Shown: in pieces, positions 10,193 to 20,155 of the stretch
Layout: each line of letters begins with the position of its first letter
Position numbering within the stretch: the stretch's first letter is position 1
Source of the DNA: an uncultured Candidatus Binatia bacterium
Lineage (GTDB): Bacteria > Desulfobacterota > Binatia > Bin18
DNA: 64,000 bases
Assembly (NCBI GenBank): GCA_965214605.1
Contig: OZ243961.1
Location: forward strand, 1,888,001-1,952,000
Reading direction: 5' to 3'
Made by a program: the position numbers and the translations under genes
Notes under the pieces: generated by a model
What the model was told of the DNA's origin: nothing
The model's input: only the letters and a program-made list of their open reading frames with translations
The model's database searches: none

Positions 10193-11458
10193 TTATTCGT
10201 AGCGGATGACTTCAACCGGCGCTAAACGGGCAGCCTGACGGGCGGGGTAAATCGTTGCGCCCAAGCAGATAACGATGGAGGCCAGGCCAACGATCAGAAA
10301 ATTGTGGAGAGACATCTTGATAGGCACGGTCGAAACATACCACACGTCGGGTGGGAGCTCGATGAACTCGTAGCGCTGGAGCAACCAGCACAGGATAAAA
10401 CCCGTCAGCGTCCCCAAGAGCGTGCCAATCAGTCCAATAATCAGTCCTTTGTAGACGAAAATCCGACCGATCGCCGCATCCGAAGCCCCCATCGATTTCA
10501 GCAGAGCAATATCTTTACGTTTTTCCATAACAACCATGATCAGGGTCGCAATGATGTTAAACGCGGCAACCAGCACGATCAGCAATATCACAATCGAATA
10601 CACAAATTTTTCAAGGCTCAGGGCCGTAAACAGGTTACGGTTGATTTCGGTCCAATCGCGGGCCTTGTAGGGAAAACCGAGCAGATCCTCAATCTGTCGG
10701 GCAATCGGCTGCGCGTTGTACACTTCCTGGAGCCGAATTTCAAGCCCAGACACCTGTTGGCCGAGTTTGAAGAACTGCTGGGCATCCTGAAGGGCCATAT
10801 AGAGCAGACCACTATCGTACTCGACCATGCCGGCATCGAACAGGCCAACCACCACAAAGCGTTTCAAACGAGGCGCTATGCCGAGCGGTCCAGGGGTGCC
10901 GCCAATGGGAGAGAACAGGGTAATCGGATCGCCAAGTAAGAGGCCAAGCTGATCGGCTAGCTCCTCACCGATCACAATCCCTGGTAGCTCAACGCTGTGC
11001 TGGGTCGTGCCATTGTGAACGCTCACCACCTGCTTTTGGCCGAGCTGGGCAAGATCCCCCTCTTTCATATGATTGGCGATATTGACCACCGCGCTAGCCA
11101 GGGCAGGTTCGACCCCGCGCACGACAACCCCAGACACTCCACGTTGTGAACTGACCATCACCTGGCCGTAGAGGAAAGGCGCGGTCGCGGCGATCCCTGG
11201 CACCTGACGTATCTGTTCCATCACCGACTCATAGGCGTCTAGGGGACCATTCAGGCTGGACAGCAGGATATGTGGATTAAAGCCCAGAATCCGACTCCGT
11301 AAATCTTCTTCAAACCCGGTCATAATAGCCAGGGTGACATTGAGCACCATCACCCCAATTAAAACCCCGAGGGTCGATATCGTTGTAATCAGAGAAATAA
11401 AAATCTCACGCCGCTTAGCGCGCAGATAGCGGAAGCTGATAAAGAGTTCGTAGTGCAC
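10193..11458 (-). CDS. Lipoprotein-releasing ABC transporter permease LolC/E family
   Basis: YELFISFRYL, AIMTGFE, VAAFNII, IYPARQAA..P.E.IRYE; GTG start at 11458 inferred. Confidence 0.92.
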   Translation of the reverse strand: MHYELFISFRYLRAKRREIFISLITTISTLGVLIGVMVLNVTLAIMTGFEEDLRSRILGFNPHILLSSLNGPLDAYESVMEQIRQVPGIAATAPFLYGQVMVSSQRGVSGVVVRGVEPALASAVVNIANHMKEGDLAQLGQKQVVSVHNGTTQHSVELPGIVIGEELADQLGLLLGDPITLFSPIGGTPGPLGIAPRLKRFVVVGLFDAGMVEYDSGLLYMALQDAQQFFKLGQQVSGLEIRLQEVYNAQPIARQIEDLLGFPYKARDWTEINRNLFTALSLEKFVYSIVILLIVLVAAFNIIATLIMVVMEKRKDIALLKSMGASDAAIGRIFVYKGLIIGLIGTLLGTLTGFILCWLLQRYEFIELPPDVWYVSTVPIKMSLHNFLIVGLASIVICLGATIYPARQAARLAPVEVIRYE

Positions 11459-11689
11459 GGAAAAAAATCGCTCTCGGGCCGGATATATCCCTGATTCTTC
11501 TGAGGAATTAAAATTTATAGCAGAAAATTTCAGACAACGCTTGCAATAGACGACGCCATGGGCTGTGAGATGGATGAAGGTGGCGGGACTGAGAGGAGAC
11601 GATATTTCCAGACGCTGCTGGTTTATTGTAGCCCGTGGACGCTGAACAGCCTCTCTAGAGACCTCTCTGTGGATCACCTGTGAGCAGTG

Positions 11690-12769
11690 CTAGTCTTTGA
11701 CAACTTCGACCCAACGTTCCGTGTGGGCGACGACCTCGCCAATCACGGCAGCGGCTGAAATACCGGCATTCTTGAGCGCTTGCACACAGGCGCCCGCCTC
11801 AGACTCAGGAACGGCCATGAGCAAGCCGCCCGAGGTTTGTGGGTCAAAGGCCACTTCATCAAGCTCGGCGGCAACCTGCGGGGATACGTCAACTTTATCG
11901 GCCAGATAGGTCCTGTTACGTTTGCAACCGCCGGTAGTATAGCCCTCGCCGGCCAGGCGCAGCGCGCCCGGCAAAATCGGGAAATGGGCGGCCCGCAACC
12001 GGAGGCTGACCCCACTCCCGTGCGCCATCTCATATCCGTGGCCCATCAGGCTAAACCCACTCACATCGGTACACGCGTGGACCGTATAGCGCGCCATGAC
12101 GTGGCTGGCGGTTCGGTTCAGGCTCAGCATCGAATCAACCACGGCCGCGTATTCCGTATCTTGGAGGTGGCGGCGTTTGAGAGCCGTTGTCACAATACCC
12201 GTGCCAAGCGGTTTGGTCAGGAGCAGCACATCGCCTACCTGAGCGCCGACGTTGCGAACCACGCGTTGGGGGTGAACCACTCCGGTCACGGCCAAACCGT
12301 ATTTAATCTCATCATCGGCAACCGAATGCCCCCCGACGAGCACCGCCCCAGCCTCGCGTACTTTTTCGGCCCCACCCTGGAGGATTTCGGCCAGCACCAT
12401 CTTGTCGATGCCATCCTGGGGAAAGCAGACGATATTCATCGCCGTTTTTGGTTCGCCACCCATGGCGTACACATCGCTGAGCGAGTTGGTGGCTGAAATA
12501 CGCCCATAGGTGTACGGATCATCCACCACTGGGGTAAAAAAATCGACCGTATTAATAATGGCCACGTCATCCCGTAACCGGAAAACACCGGCATCATCAG
12601 AGGTCTCAACACCAACCAACAGATCGGGATGCCGCTCAGTGGAGAGCTTGCTCAGGACGTGTTCGAGGTCCGCCGGACCCAATTTCCCTGCTCAACCGGC
12701 GGCTTTCACTTTTTCGGTCAAGCGTATTCTGCAACGCTGATCCTCAGCCTGCGGATGTGTTGTCGTCAT
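11690..12769 (-). CDS. selD: Selenide, water dikinase (selenoprotein; Sec26 at UGA 12692-12694)
   Basis: ATG 12769 reads MTTTHPQAEDQRCRIRLTEKVKAAG-UGA-AGKLGP in frame; DDAGV, TVDFFTP, SDVYAMGG, DPQTSGGLL. Confidence 0.95.
12667..12679 (-). promoter_or_regulatory. Candidate bacterial SECIS hairpin in selD
   Basis: GGTCC-GGC-GGACC stem-loop starting about 11-12 nt 3' of the UGA. Confidence 0.6.
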
Positions 12770-12804
12770 AGTGTCCTTTACGGTGTAGGTCTTGCCAGGT
12801 GTCT

Positions 12805-14724
12805 CTAGGCTTTTCGCAATTTCCGAACATCGCCAACCCGCAGCGTCAGCCCGGTACGGTCAAAGTACTCCAGTAACGGGATAGCTGTTCTCCGACTAAT
12901 CCCCAGCATATCCCGAAATGTTGCGGCCGATATTTCTCCGTGACCGGTGAGCTGTTCGACCAGGACAGCCCGGGCCCGCTCTAGACTCGTCCAACTCAAG
13001 TAAAATTCTGCGGCAACCTTCACCACCTTATGTTGGGACTCTAAAACGCCGAGCAAGTCTCCGAGCTGCTTGCGCGAGACGGCCAGCTTTGCCTCCAAGT
13101 CTTTGACCTCCGGCGGCGTCAAACCACCGTCGACCAACAGCCGCTCAAGGCTGGCACTCAGAATTTGCTCATCCTCGCTTAATTCCACACGATGCGACGG
13201 CAGGCGGAGCGTGCTCTGCTCGCGCCTAACGCTGTTCTCGGCGACGAATTTATCTATCACCGCCCGAAAAATTTTGGGCGAAAAGGCAAGCTGGCTGCGC
13301 AGCGACTCCAGCTCCATGCCTCGGGCCAGGGGCGTACGGGCATGAAAGTCGGTCAGGATACGATCTACCGCTGTGGTGAGCCGCTGCCACTTGCTGAGCG
13401 CCGCGTATGCCTCAGGATGATCGGCGTCCGGCAGGGGAAAGATATCCGCATCGTTGAGCAAGAGTGGAGCGACTTCTTTTTCCTGAGCGTTGACTCCCAA
13501 ATAAATGTCCTCAAGTGAAACGGCAAACTCGGGCCGAACTTCAATATAGGCGCGACAGGCTTGGAGGAGGTCGGTCGTCCGTAGCAGCGCCAGCTGCTCT
13601 TGTATGCTGCCCTGCTCGGCCGACCGAGTCCGCAATCGACGATGCCGCGTGGCAAAGGGGTTGACGACCTCGCCGCCCCCAAGCGTGGCTTGGGCAGTTT
13701 GATTGCGCAGAATAAAGCGGTCGCCGCGCAGGGCAAGTACCGCCTCTTCTAGGACAATCTGGGCAAAGGCGGTCGAGCGGGGAGCTAGGCTGTCTTGACC
13801 TCCTAGCAGGATGATTTTCCCGAGCGCCTCAGCCGTTCCAACGTGCACCCGGACCCGCTCATGGTTGACGACCTCGTGCTTGGCCCCAGGTCTGATCTCA
13901 ACCCAGGCGTCAAAGCGCTGGGTCGTGCGGGTAATGTTCGGATGACACACCACATGGCCGCGCGTAATGGCGCTCTTTTCCAGACCAGCCAGATTGAGCG
14001 CCACTCGCTGGCCCCAGTTGGCTTTGGAGACCGCTTTGCCATGCACCTGCACCGAGCGCACCCGGGTCTGCTCTCCGCCGGGAAGGATCCTGACGGTCCC
14101 TCCCCTCTCCACGCTTCCGGCGGTTGCCGTACCCGTCACCACCACGCCATGTCCCTTCATCACAAACGCCCGGTCGACCGGCAGCCGAAAATAGCCCGGC
14201 AGGACCGGCCGTTCATAGCCGGCCAGTTGATCCGCGATAGTGTCGCGGAGTTCTTCAATACCCCGACCGGTCACAGAAGAAACCGCCACCACCGGTGCGC
14301 CCTCCAGAGTGGTGTCAAGGCTCAGGATTTCGATCTCTTCGTGGACATCGGCCAGGCGGGCGGCATCAACGAGGTCGGCTTTGGTAATGACAAAGATCCC
14401 ATTTTTGAGATCCAACAAATGTAAAAAATCCAGGTGCTCTTCGCTCTGCGGCATAACGCCGTCATCTGCCGCTACGGTGAATAAGACCAGATCAATGCCG
14501 TGCGCCCCGGCCAACATATTTCGAATGAAACGTTCGTGGCCGGGCACGTCGATAATCCCCGCTCGCTCACCATTGGGCAGGTCCAGATACGCAAATCCCA
14601 GTTCAATAGAGATGCCGCGTTCCTGTTCCTCCTGGAGACGGTCAGTGTCGTGGCCGGTCAGGGCTTTAATCAAGGCCGTTTTTCCGTGGTCGATATGACC
14701 GGCAGTCCCAATAACGTGTGGCAT
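12805..14724 (-). CDS. selB: Selenocysteine-specific translation elongation factor
   Basis: GTAGHIDHGKT, DVPGHERF, TKAD, C-terminal SRRTAIPLLEYFD winged helix; ATG 14724 with GGGAG SD. Confidence 0.96.
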   Translation of the reverse strand: MPHVIGTAGHIDHGKTALIKALTGHDTDRLQEEQERGISIELGFAYLDLPNGERAGIIDVPGHERFIRNMLAGAHGIDLVLFTVAADDGVMPQSEEHLDFLHLLDLKNGIFVITKADLVDAARLADVHEEIEILSLDTTLEGAPVVAVSSVTGRGIEELRDTIADQLAGYERPVLPGYFRLPVDRAFVMKGHGVVVTGTATAGSVERGGTVRILPGGEQTRVRSVQVHGKAVSKANWGQRVALNLAGLEKSAITRGHVVCHPNITRTTQRFDAWVEIRPGAKHEVVNHERVRVHVGTAEALGKIILLGGQDSLAPRSTAFAQIVLEEAVLALRGDRFILRNQTAQATLGGGEVVNPFATRHRRLRTRSAEQGSIQEQLALLRTTDLLQACRAYIEVRPEFAVSLEDIYLGVNAQEKEVAPLLLNDADIFPLPDADHPEAYAALSKWQRLTTAVDRILTDFHARTPLARGMELESLRSQLAFSPKIFRAVIDKFVAENSVRREQSTLRLPSHRVELSEDEQILSASLERLLVDGGLTPPEVKDLEAKLAVSRKQLGDLLGVLESQHKVVKVAAEFYLSWTSLERARAVLVEQLTGHGEISAATFRDMLGISRRTAIPLLEYFDRTGLTLRVGDVRKLRKA

Positions 14725-14727
14725 GAG

Positions 14728-14829
14728 GTTACTCCCGCGCAGGCGAGCGGTATTCGCAAAGAGGGCTTGCAGAAACACCCTGTCTTGAGTGACGCCCGCG
14801 CAGGCAAGGGGTATTCTGGCAAAAAGGAC
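14728..14829. repeat. Imperfect ~40-bp direct repeat in the selB leader
   Basis: gttactcccgcgcaggcgagcggtattcgcaaagagggc (14728-14766) versus gtgacgcccgcgcaggcaaggggtattctggcaaaaaggac (14789-14829). Confidence 0.75.
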
Positions 14830-15426
14830 AGGAAAAAGGAATCCCACCGTGGGGGCCCCCCGCACGGGTCAGTCTGAATTGTCTTTCTCTCCTGAGAGAG
14901 TCCCCTATTCTCCACAACCAAGAAGGATGGTCCCACCCTTGGGAATCTCCGTTAGCGGCAACGTCAATCTGTCTACGGGTGGGATTGTTCCCGGGACCGA
15001 CCTCCGGTCAGCTTAAACTGCCCCACAGGGAGGGGCCTTGCCCAAGGCTCACAGCCCGCTGGGGCAGCTGAGGCGCGGCCGACCGGACGAGTGAGCCCGG
15101 CATGACGAGCGGCAACGTCTCAATGGGGAGAAGGCAGAATTTCTCTTTGCGGCCAACCTGGCGAGATAATGGATGTTGTCGGCCGGGAAGGCGGCGACCT
15201 CATCGAAGCTGAGGTGTTCCTGTTGACTCCCCAATCCGGACATCGATAACTCTCCCCACTTCTCCTTAATGGAGCTGAAGGAGAGCTCTTCATACCCGGT
15301 GCTGCCGCCAGTCTGCATATCCGCGCGCTCATCACCTCCGATTTGGCCATCCGGACATTTTACTCGCTCTGGTGACGTGTTTGCGGGAGTTCTTCATTGT
15401 TCGTTGCCATTGGTGCTGCCTTCTGC

Positions 15427-17064
15427 TTAGCTGCCAGCGTCCGCGCGTTCAATCTTATCCACCAGAAAGGCCGCGACCTGGTTGAGGCTGATACGCTCCT
15501 GCTGGAGGGAGTCACGGTGACGCACGGTAACGGTCTGGTCGCTCAGGGTCTGGCCGTCAATGGTAAAGCAGTACGGGGTGCCAGCCTCGTCCATGCGCGC
15601 GTAGCGCTTACCAATGCTCTGTTTTGCGTCGGTCTGGACGGCATACTTGGGTCGCAGTTCGTGGTAGAGCTTATTGGCAATCTCAGGCATGTTTTCTTTA
15701 TTGACCAGCGGAAAGATGGCGGCCTTGATCGGGGCGAGCCGGGGGTGGAATTTCATGTACACCTTGCTGGGCCGCTGGTCATCAGGTGTGTAGGCTTCAC
15801 ACAGCACGGCTAAGGTGCCACGGTCAGCCCCGGCGCTGGGCTCAATGACATGCGGGAAATAGCGTTCGTTGCGGTCCGGGTCAAAGTAGCGCAGCTTATC
15901 GCCCTGTCCACAATGAACGGCGTGTTGGCGGAGATCGTAGTCGGCACGGTGAGAAACACCTTCTAGCTCGCCATAGCCGGGGGCAGTGAACGGGAAGCGA
16001 TATTCAACGTCGCTCGTTCCCGCTCCTTCTCTGGCGTAGTGGGCGAGTTCATCTGGGTCGTGCTCGCGCAGAGTCAGGTTCTCACCGGCCAGGCCAATCG
16101 CTTGCCACCAGCGAAACCGCGTATTGCGCCAATACTGGTACCATTCCTCAGCCTGCTGGGGGTGAATAAAGAACTCCAGTTCCATCTGCTCAAACTCGCG
16201 AGAACGAAACGTGAAGTTGCGCGGGGTGACCTCGTTGCGAAATGCCTTGCCGATCTGGGCAATACCAAACGGCACTTTCACCCGGTTGCTATCCAACACA
16301 TTCCAGAACTGGGTGAAAATGCCCTGTGCGGTCTCCGGCCGGAGGTAGGCGACTGCAGACGGGTCTTCGACCGCACCGGTTGTTGTCTTGAACATAAGAT
16401 TGAACGGTTTTGGATCGGTGATTTCCCCACCACAAAATGGACATGGGAGCAGTTCTGTGTCCGCCTGGTCGGTGGCCAGCACGTGGACAAGTTGTCTCAA
16501 ATCAACACGCAGCGGCTCGTCCGCTTCCCTGTCGGCGGCCAACCGAGAGAGCGTTGTCGGTGGGTTTCTGACCAGCGCTAGGTTCGGGGCAAGCTTGCGG
16601 GCTTCGGTGTTGGCCCAACGCCTCAGGCCTGTGACACTCGGCCCATCCGCACCCGCCAGTGCGGCTAGCGAGGCATACCAGGCGCTCTCCTCGATCATCT
16701 CCCAGACGTGGTCATAGCGCAGGAGTTTTTTGCAGTGCCGGCAGGTACTCATCAGATCGGCAAAACCATCCAGGTGTCCCGATGCTTCCCAGACCTTGGG
16801 GTTCATGATGACGGTCGCGTCAACCGGAACGACAGCGATCGGCTTGCCGTCAGGACCGGCGGCTGGGCAGCGGACCACGTCCTGCCACCAGGCTTCCTTG
16901 AGGTTGCGTTTCAGCTCTGCACCGAGCGGACCGTAGTCCCAGAAACCATTGATGCCACCGTAGAGTTCGGACGACTGAAAAATGAAGCCGCGCCGTCTAC
17001 ACAGGGCAACGATGAAGTCCATGGATTTAGCTGCTGAGGCGGTCCGGGCGGTCGATTCATGCAT
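15427..17064 (-). CDS. glyQS: Glycine--tRNA ligase (alpha2 type)
   Basis: YLRPETAQGIF, FRNEVTPRNFTFRSREFEQME, VIEPSAG, SIGKRYARMDEAGTP. Confidence 0.93.
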   Translation of the reverse strand: MHESTARTASAAKSMDFIVALCRRRGFIFQSSELYGGINGFWDYGPLGAELKRNLKEAWWQDVVRCPAAGPDGKPIAVVPVDATVIMNPKVWEASGHLDGFADLMSTCRHCKKLLRYDHVWEMIEESAWYASLAALAGADGPSVTGLRRWANTEARKLAPNLALVRNPPTTLSRLAADREADEPLRVDLRQLVHVLATDQADTELLPCPFCGGEITDPKPFNLMFKTTTGAVEDPSAVAYLRPETAQGIFTQFWNVLDSNRVKVPFGIAQIGKAFRNEVTPRNFTFRSREFEQMELEFFIHPQQAEEWYQYWRNTRFRWWQAIGLAGENLTLREHDPDELAHYAREGAGTSDVEYRFPFTAPGYGELEGVSHRADYDLRQHAVHCGQGDKLRYFDPDRNERYFPHVIEPSAGADRGTLAVLCEAYTPDDQRPSKVYMKFHPRLAPIKAAIFPLVNKENMPEIANKLYHELRPKYAVQTDAKQSIGKRYARMDEAGTPYCFTIDGQTLSDQTVTVRHRDSLQQERISLNQVAAFLVDKIERADAGS

Positions 17065-17138
17065 AACAAGAACTCATCTTTCAGTGACGGGAATCAGAAA
17101 AACACGATAGGGGAAGGCCCAGAGTGGGCGCTGTAAGG

Positions 17139-17585
17139 CTAGTGTGCAGGCTTATTGCCGTGAAACTGAGAGAGCCGATCAATCACAAAGGCGCGCGAAT
17201 CGCTATAGTACAGGCCGCGCATTTTCAGCGCCCGTTTATTCGGTTCTTCGGCCAGCAATTCTTCCAGCAGATAGTCCGGGCCCCGGACATACATGCTTGG
17301 GGTTCGCAGGCGGAGATCGGCAAGAAAGCGCTCGCGGAGGAACCTGCGGCCGGAACTATGCAGACCGTGGAGGGCAAACAGGATTTTTTGTTTTTTCACC
17401 TCAAGGGTCAGGACATCGGGACCGGGCCAACTCTGAACCATACCGGTGAACTCGATCAGCTCGGTCCCTCTGGTGCTCATCTGAGCAACGAGCGGTGGGG
17501 CGAGCCACAACGGCAGGACTAGGCCACACAGCAAGGAGAGCGAGTTCTGAGCGGACAAGAGCAGCGTCAAGCGTTGTAATTTCAT
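17139..17585 (-). CDS. Hypothetical exported protein
   Basis: Hydrophobic N-terminal signal-like segment; co-oriented with neighbours and fills the gap between them. Confidence 0.65.
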   Translation of the reverse strand: MKLQRLTLLLSAQNSLSLLCGLVLPLWLAPPLVAQMSTRGTELIEFTGMVQSWPGPDVLTLEVKKQKILFALHGLHSSGRRFLRERFLADLRLRTPSMYVRGPDYLLEELLAEEPNKRALKMRGLYYSDSRAFVIDRLSQFHGNKPAH

Positions 17586-17599
17586 CGTCTGATGTGGCT

Positions 17600-18817
17600 C
17601 TAGGTCAACACATCGCTGGCCCGTAAGGCCATGACCTCCTCAGCCGAGTATCCCAGGAGATTCTGTAGAACCGCATCGGTGTCTTGGCCCAGACACGGGG
17701 CTGACCGGCGGACCTGACAGGGCGTGTCGGAAAAGACCCAGGGCATACCGGCATGGCGACGCACACCAACCTCAGGGTGCTGATGCTCGGCAAAAAAGCC
17801 ACGCTCTTGTAGGTGCTGATCTTGGGCGAGATCTTTGTTGGTGAGGGCCGGAAAAGCCGCTACTCCGGCGGCCTGCAGGGTGTGGGTCACTTGTGTCTCC
17901 GTCCGCACTCGGGTCCACTCACTCATGACCGCTTCAAGCGCCTCCTCATTTTTTTTGCGATTGGCCAAGCTGGCAAAACGCGCATCGGCCGCCAGCTCTG
18001 GCCGACCCATACCCCGACACAGGCGCTGCCATTCGTCCTCGTTGGCCACGACAATACTCACCCAGCGGTCTTGCCCCTGGCACGGAAACAGCCCGTGCGG
18101 GGCCATGTACGCGTCTTGATTTCCGGTCCGGGGCGGGGGTTCTCCGTGCATCTGCTGGGCTATCAGCCCCTCGCCCAACAGGGTCACCGACGTCTCCCAC
18201 TGGGACAGATCAATATACTGCCCCTCTCCCGTTCGGGCCCGGTGCATGAGCGCGGCCAGAACGGCAAACGCCCCGTGCAAACCACCGTTCGGATCTCCGT
18301 ACGAGAAGCCCACATGCATGGGTGGAAATCCAGGAAACCCCGTCACCGATGACAAGCCACTCATCGGCACCTGGGCCGGGCCGTACGACACATACGCACT
18401 CTCCGGTCCGGTCGTCCCATAGCCCGACATGGAGATCATAATAATATCAGACTTTAACTGCTTGAGGACCTCATAGCCGAGGCCCATCTTGTTCATCACT
18501 CCGCCAGCAAAATTCTCGGCCACAATATCACTGGCCGCAACCAACTTCTTGGCGATCGCTATCCCCTCAGGCTTCTTTAAATTCAAACACACAGAGGCCT
18601 TGCCCTGATTATACTGGTTGTAATACCCGCTACGATTAGGGCCCGGCTCGCCATCGGCAAAGGGCGGAATACGACGGGTCACACACAGCCGACTCTCGGT
18701 CTCAATGCGAATGACCTCAGCGCCCAGATGAGCCAACTGCAGGGTCGCAAACGGGCCGGCCCAGACCCAGGTGAAGTCGGCAACGCGAATGCCGGATAGG
18801 GGAAGTTGATTGTCCAT
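17600..18817 (-). CDS. Family III CoA-transferase (CaiB/BbsF-like)
   Basis: DFTWVWAGP, LGAEVIRIE, GYGTTGP, YGD catalytic Asp, APCLGQD. Confidence 0.9.
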   Translation of the reverse strand: MDNQLPLSGIRVADFTWVWAGPFATLQLAHLGAEVIRIETESRLCVTRRIPPFADGEPGPNRSGYYNQYNQGKASVCLNLKKPEGIAIAKKLVAASDIVAENFAGGVMNKMGLGYEVLKQLKSDIIMISMSGYGTTGPESAYVSYGPAQVPMSGLSSVTGFPGFPPMHVGFSYGDPNGGLHGAFAVLAALMHRARTGEGQYIDLSQWETSVTLLGEGLIAQQMHGEPPPRTGNQDAYMAPHGLFPCQGQDRWVSIVVANEDEWQRLCRGMGRPELAADARFASLANRKKNEEALEAVMSEWTRVRTETQVTHTLQAAGVAAFPALTNKDLAQDQHLQERGFFAEHQHPEVGVRRHAGMPWVFSDTPCQVRRSAPCLGQDTDAVLQNLLGYSAEEVMALRASDVLT

Positions 18818-18840
18818 TGTGATGTTCTCTTGATATCATA

Positions 18841-20055
18841 TTAGATGACGCTGCGTTCTTTTAGCCGATCCAACTCCGCCTGCTCCAGACCTAAGCGCCT
18901 GCCAAACACCTCGGCGTTATGCTGTCCTAGGCACGGGGCCGGACGGCTTAGCGCCCACGGTGAAGCAGAGAACTGATACGGGGCACCAGGGTAGCGGAGC
19001 AATCCCGCTTCAGGATGACCGATGGTGGCAAAAAAGCCGCGCGCATTCAGGTGTGGGGAGTCCAAGAGATCGCCCATTGTTGAGACAGGGGCAAACGGGA
19101 CGCGCCTGGCCTGGGCGGCATGATAGGTTTCCTGGACCGACTTATCCTGCAGGTAGTCTTCAAGCAAGGGCTTCAACGCATCCCAGTTGGCCGACCGTGA
19201 GGGGAAGTCCTGAAACAAATCCATCGACGCCCACTCAGGGTTGCCCATGAGATCCATCGCTCCATTCCATTGGTGATCTTCAATGGCCAAGACGTAGATA
19301 TAGCCGTCGCGGCACGGCAAAACGTCCTGCGGAATGAGACGAAAGCCGAGACGTGAGGCCACACTGCCGTCATATGGCCAGGAGATATAATTGTTCTCCA
19401 TAATAGCAACCAGACACTCCTGCACGGACACATCGATGTGTTGTCCCTGCCCACTCGTAACACGTCTAAACAGCGCGCCAAGAGAGCCAATCGCAGCGTT
19501 TACCCCAGCCTGCAACCCGGCTTGCTGGCCGAACGCTTTCAGCGGCGGGAGATCTTCTCGCCCCGAGGCGCCGCTCAGATAAACAATACCGCCCGCACTC
19601 CACATAGTCAGATCGTGGGCGTGATAGTCCCGGTTGGGGCCGGTCTGGCCAAATGGAGAGATTGAGGTCATGACCAAGCCAGGATTCAGCTTGTGGACTT
19701 CTTCATAGTCCAAGCCACGCGCCGCCATATGCGGCGGCGGATAATTATGGACGAGCAGATCGGCCTCTTGCACCAGGCCTCGGAACAGCTCTTGCCCCCT
19801 GTCGTCGAGCAAGTCGAGCGTGACTCCAAGCTTGTTGGTGTTCAGATATAGGAACAGGCCACTCTTTTCCAGATGGGCACTATTGCCAGGATAGGGCCCC
19901 CGCCGTCGGGCGTCATCGCCGCCGGGCTCTTCTACCTTGATCACTTCAGCGCCAAGGTCGGCCATCAGCTTTGCGGCATACGCCGCACCGACCATATGAC
20001 CACACTCAACAACACGAATCCCCTCCAGAGGACCTACGGAAATCTCGGCGACCAT
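18841..20055 (-). CDS. Family III CoA-transferase (BbsE-like partner subunit)
   Basis: DLGAEVIKVE, NTNKLG, PFGQTGP, APCLGQHN. Confidence 0.88.
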   Translation of the reverse strand: MVAEISVGPLEGIRVVECGHMVGAAYAAKLMADLGAEVIKVEEPGGDDARRRGPYPGNSAHLEKSGLFLYLNTNKLGVTLDLLDDRGQELFRGLVQEADLLVHNYPPPHMAARGLDYEEVHKLNPGLVMTSISPFGQTGPNRDYHAHDLTMWSAGGIVYLSGASGREDLPPLKAFGQQAGLQAGVNAAIGSLGALFRRVTSGQGQHIDVSVQECLVAIMENNYISWPYDGSVASRLGFRLIPQDVLPCRDGYIYVLAIEDHQWNGAMDLMGNPEWASMDLFQDFPSRSANWDALKPLLEDYLQDKSVQETYHAAQARRVPFAPVSTMGDLLDSPHLNARGFFATIGHPEAGLLRYPGAPYQFSASPWALSRPAPCLGQHNAEVFGRRLGLEQAELDRLKERSVI

Positions 20056-20155
20056 GGGTGTCCTTTGCTTTGACTCAGATACAGATCATCTGATACTAGA
20101 CAACCAACTTATGGCCCGCAAGGGCACGCTCTTACATCTTGAAGGAGGAGAGAGC

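Noticed and set aside
11459-11677. N-terminal extensions in the ORF track for lolC/E (and likewise selB, lolD, LLM, MaoC)
   Set aside because: Family homology and SD sites begin at downstream starts
15049-15318. 89-aa minus-strand ORF between glyQS and selB
   Set aside because: No recognisable motif, and the 3' end runs into the structured region; it could be a remnant but is unsupported
14725-15426. tRNA-Sec (selC) or selA expected beside selB/selD
   Set aside because: No UCA-anticodon cloverleaf or SelA-like ORF was found on either strand
17065-17138. T-box leader upstream of glyQS
   Set aside because: Gap is too short and has no T-box consensus
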